Assembly (NCBI GenBank): GCA_001800005.1
Contig: MGUL01000041.1
Location: forward strand, 31,855 to 74,297
DNA: 42,443 nucleotides
Direction: 5' to 3'
Source: Elusimicrobia bacterium RBG_16_66_12
GTDB lineage: Bacteria > Elusimicrobiota > Elusimicrobia > UBA1565 > UBA9628
Notes under the pieces: model-generated
Database searches by the model: none
What the model was told of the DNA's origin: nothing
Seen by the model: only the letters and a program-made list of their open reading frames with translations
In this document: in pieces, positions 41,088-42,443 of the stretch
How positions within the stretch are numbered: the first letter of the stretch is position 1
Layout: the number at the start of each line of letters is the position of its first letter
Made by a program: the position numbers and the translations under genes

Positions 41088-42343
41088 GGCGCCTTGGTTT
41101 CCTTCAATGGGGCTGCCCGAAGTTGATTTACATAATCAGGATGCCACCCGACTTTCTCGGCGTCCGCCAGAGAATGGAAGCTCCCGGGAGTGAAGTGGCC
41201 CGGCACTGCCATCCCTTGGAGCTGGGCCTGATGCAAAGCGCAGTCCTGATAAAGCAACTTCCCGTGCTCTACTGCGGGCCGATTCTTGTGCTCGATCGCG
41301 CACTTTCGCCGGATATTGTCCCAAGTGCGCTGAAGGTTATCCGCGAATTCGTCGAAACTCTCGGGCTGGACGTCGCCTTTCTCACTCCATTGCGTCCGAT
41401 CTGCGGCTGCGCGAAGAAAGTCGTTTACTGCGCGCAACCGCTCATCGTAATCGGCGTCAATGAGATCGAGTTGGCGGACATAGGTTCGCGTCTCCAAGTC
41501 TCCGGCGATTGCTTCCTTTGAGGGAGTAGGAGCAAAGCTCGTGAGGATGGTTCGGCGGTCGTGTTTTCGCACGAACGACATGATTTCTTTCCGAATCTCA
41601 TCGACAGCTAGGATTGCTGGTCGTTTCTGCTCAATCAACTGGTCGATTTTTTCCTTGACGAGGCCTAGAGCGAATTTCAGGGTGGCATCCCTTAGCTCGG
41701 TCGGCACGAGAGCCATAGCGGGAAGCGCGCGCAGATCATCGTGCGCGCTCCCGGACCCATGTTTGAGGGAAAAGTTGCAGATAATCGCGGCGACCAACCC
41801 TTCGTCTGCACCGAAGACTCGTTCCAACTGTGGAGCAAGGGCTGCAGAGACGCCGGGCTTCTTTGTGTATCCGGGGGAATCGCCCCACAGTATCACCCTC
41901 GCCCTTGTCAGGGCCGCCTTGGCGTCCTGTGCCGTTGCCGCCGCAGAAAACGACTGAGCAATGTCGCCGCTTAGCGGCTTAGAGACAAATAATTCGAAAA
42001 ACGTCGTCGTCGGATCAAGAGTCGCCGATTTTACCGCCTCGATCCAGTTTCCGAAGGTTTTCCACAACTCCGGCGAGCGATCGGCAACTGGATTCCCTAC
42101 CAAGGCGCTCTTATCCTGCTCGGCTATAGTAGTCCCACTTGGGGAACTGACTCCAACGTCATCGAAGACCTCAACGCTGACGGAGGATCCGGGCGGTGCT
42201 CCCAAAACGCGAGCCAAGCAACGAGTCGTCTGAAGGGAAAAGCCCAAATACTGCCCAGGCGCAACCGAGGATTGAGCGGCAGCGGCCCCAGGGGCCCCAG
42301 TCACCTTCGGTCGAACAGTTTGTTTGGAAATCGGAACGCTCAT
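41084..42343 (-). CDS. ABC-3C effector component: N-terminal Cap4/DUF4297-like PD-(D/E)xK dsDNA nuclease plus helical C-terminal domain
   Basis: The nuclease-type pattern is GQYLGFSLQTTRCLARVL...SVSVEVFDDVGV...TIAEQDKSA (Gf.yQ ... E..DD ... Q.K). It is the first gene of the operon. The remaining ~280 aa are helical, as in ABC-3C C-terminal domains. Confidence 0.65.
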   Translation of the reverse strand: MSVPISKQTVRPKVTGAPGAAAAQSSVAPGQYLGFSLQTTRCLARVLGAPPGSSVSVEVFDDVGVSSPSGTTIAEQDKSALVGNPVADRSPELWKTFGNWIEAVKSATLDPTTTFFELFVSKPLSGDIAQSFSAAATAQDAKAALTRARVILWGDSPGYTKKPGVSAALAPQLERVFGADEGLVAAIICNFSLKHGSGSAHDDLRALPAMALVPTELRDATLKFALGLVKEKIDQLIEQKRPAILAVDEIRKEIMSFVRKHDRRTILTSFAPTPSKEAIAGDLETRTYVRQLDLIDADYDERLRAVNDFLRAAADRTQWSEKGDVQPESFDEFADNLQRTWDNIRRKCAIEHKNRPAVEHGKLLYQDCALHQAQLQGMAVPGHFTPGSFHSLADAEKVGWHPDYVNQLRAAPLKETKAP

Positions 42344-42365
42344 AGAGTTGAAATAATTTCAGGAT

Positions 42366-42393
42366 ATTTTAGCATTCTCCACGGCTGACCCAA
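42366..42393 (-). promoter_or_regulatory. Candidate sigma-70-type promoter of the 11-gene operon
   Basis: The minus strand reads TTGGGT (42393-42388), a 16-nt spacer, then TAAAAT (42371-42366). The -10 ends 22 nt upstream of ATG 42343. No Shine-Dalgarno is evident before the first gene. Hexamer match only. Confidence 0.3.
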
Positions 42394-42443
42394 CGACGTC
42401 CAAAAAACCGTTGGACCCGAAGGGTGGAGCGATTGCGGACCGA

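Larger units (their letters stand above)
18141..42343 (-). other. 24.2-kb, 11-gene co-directional defence-type operon (lower G+C than the flanking core DNA)
   Basis: Every gene junction is an overlap or direct abutment, except for one 10-nt gap (24097-24106). The gene content is helicases, nucleases, an ABC ATPase and a DNA methyltransferase (see individual CDS entries). Confidence 0.8.

Noticed and set aside
1-42443. CRISPR arrays, insertion sequences, integrase/recombinase genes, rRNA/tRNA genes, and flanking direct repeats of the two low-G+C segments
   Set aside because: I saw no periodic repeat-spacer pattern, no transposase or integrase-like translation in the ORF track, and no matching boundary repeats on manual inspection. 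Manual repeat detection at this scale is weak, so absence is provisional.

Overview
This is a 42.4-kb mosaic from a high-G+C bacterium. I found no rRNA, tRNA, CRISPR array, integrase or transposase, and almost all real genes are on the minus strand. All product calls rest on motif recognition in the supplied translations and have not been checked by HMM or database search.

(1) 1-8.96 kb, high G+C. A translationally coupled operon runs replication-relaxation-like protein > type IV coupling-protein-like ATPase > secreted multi-FN3 protein with a FlgD-Ig/T9SS-type C-terminal domain > PorV/PorQ-like barrel. The barrel gene runs off the left edge and is missing from the ORF track; I translated it by hand. 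Upstream lie an A-poor pyrimidine tract, a 53-nt near-perfect hairpin, smaller palindromes and an RHH gene, which together look like an oriT/origin region.

(2) 8.96-12.05 kb, visibly lower G+C, plus strand. It encodes a CoiA-like nuclease, a polytopic membrane protein and a DUF4238 protein.

(3) 12.05-17.85 kb, high G+C. The operon runs HTH-less sigma-54 activator > sigma-54-like protein lacking most of region I > SAM methyltransferase > 7TMR-DISM hybrid kinase. It is preceded by a structured ~200-nt RNA element whose closing helix competes with an intrinsic terminator.

(4) 18.14-42.34 kb, lower G+C. This is the main candidate for a novel system: eleven co-directional genes with essentially no intergenic DNA. 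In order they are:
- an ABC-3C trio (Cap4-like nuclease effector, middle component, DUF3732 ABC ATPase);
- a 1723-aa helicase-DUF1998-Vsr-like nuclease fusion;
- an SNF2 helicase;
- a 1374-aa N6-adenine methyltransferase;
- DUF429;
- DUF2779;
- a 436-aa orphan protein;
- a two-HKD PLD nuclease;
- a second SNF2 helicase.
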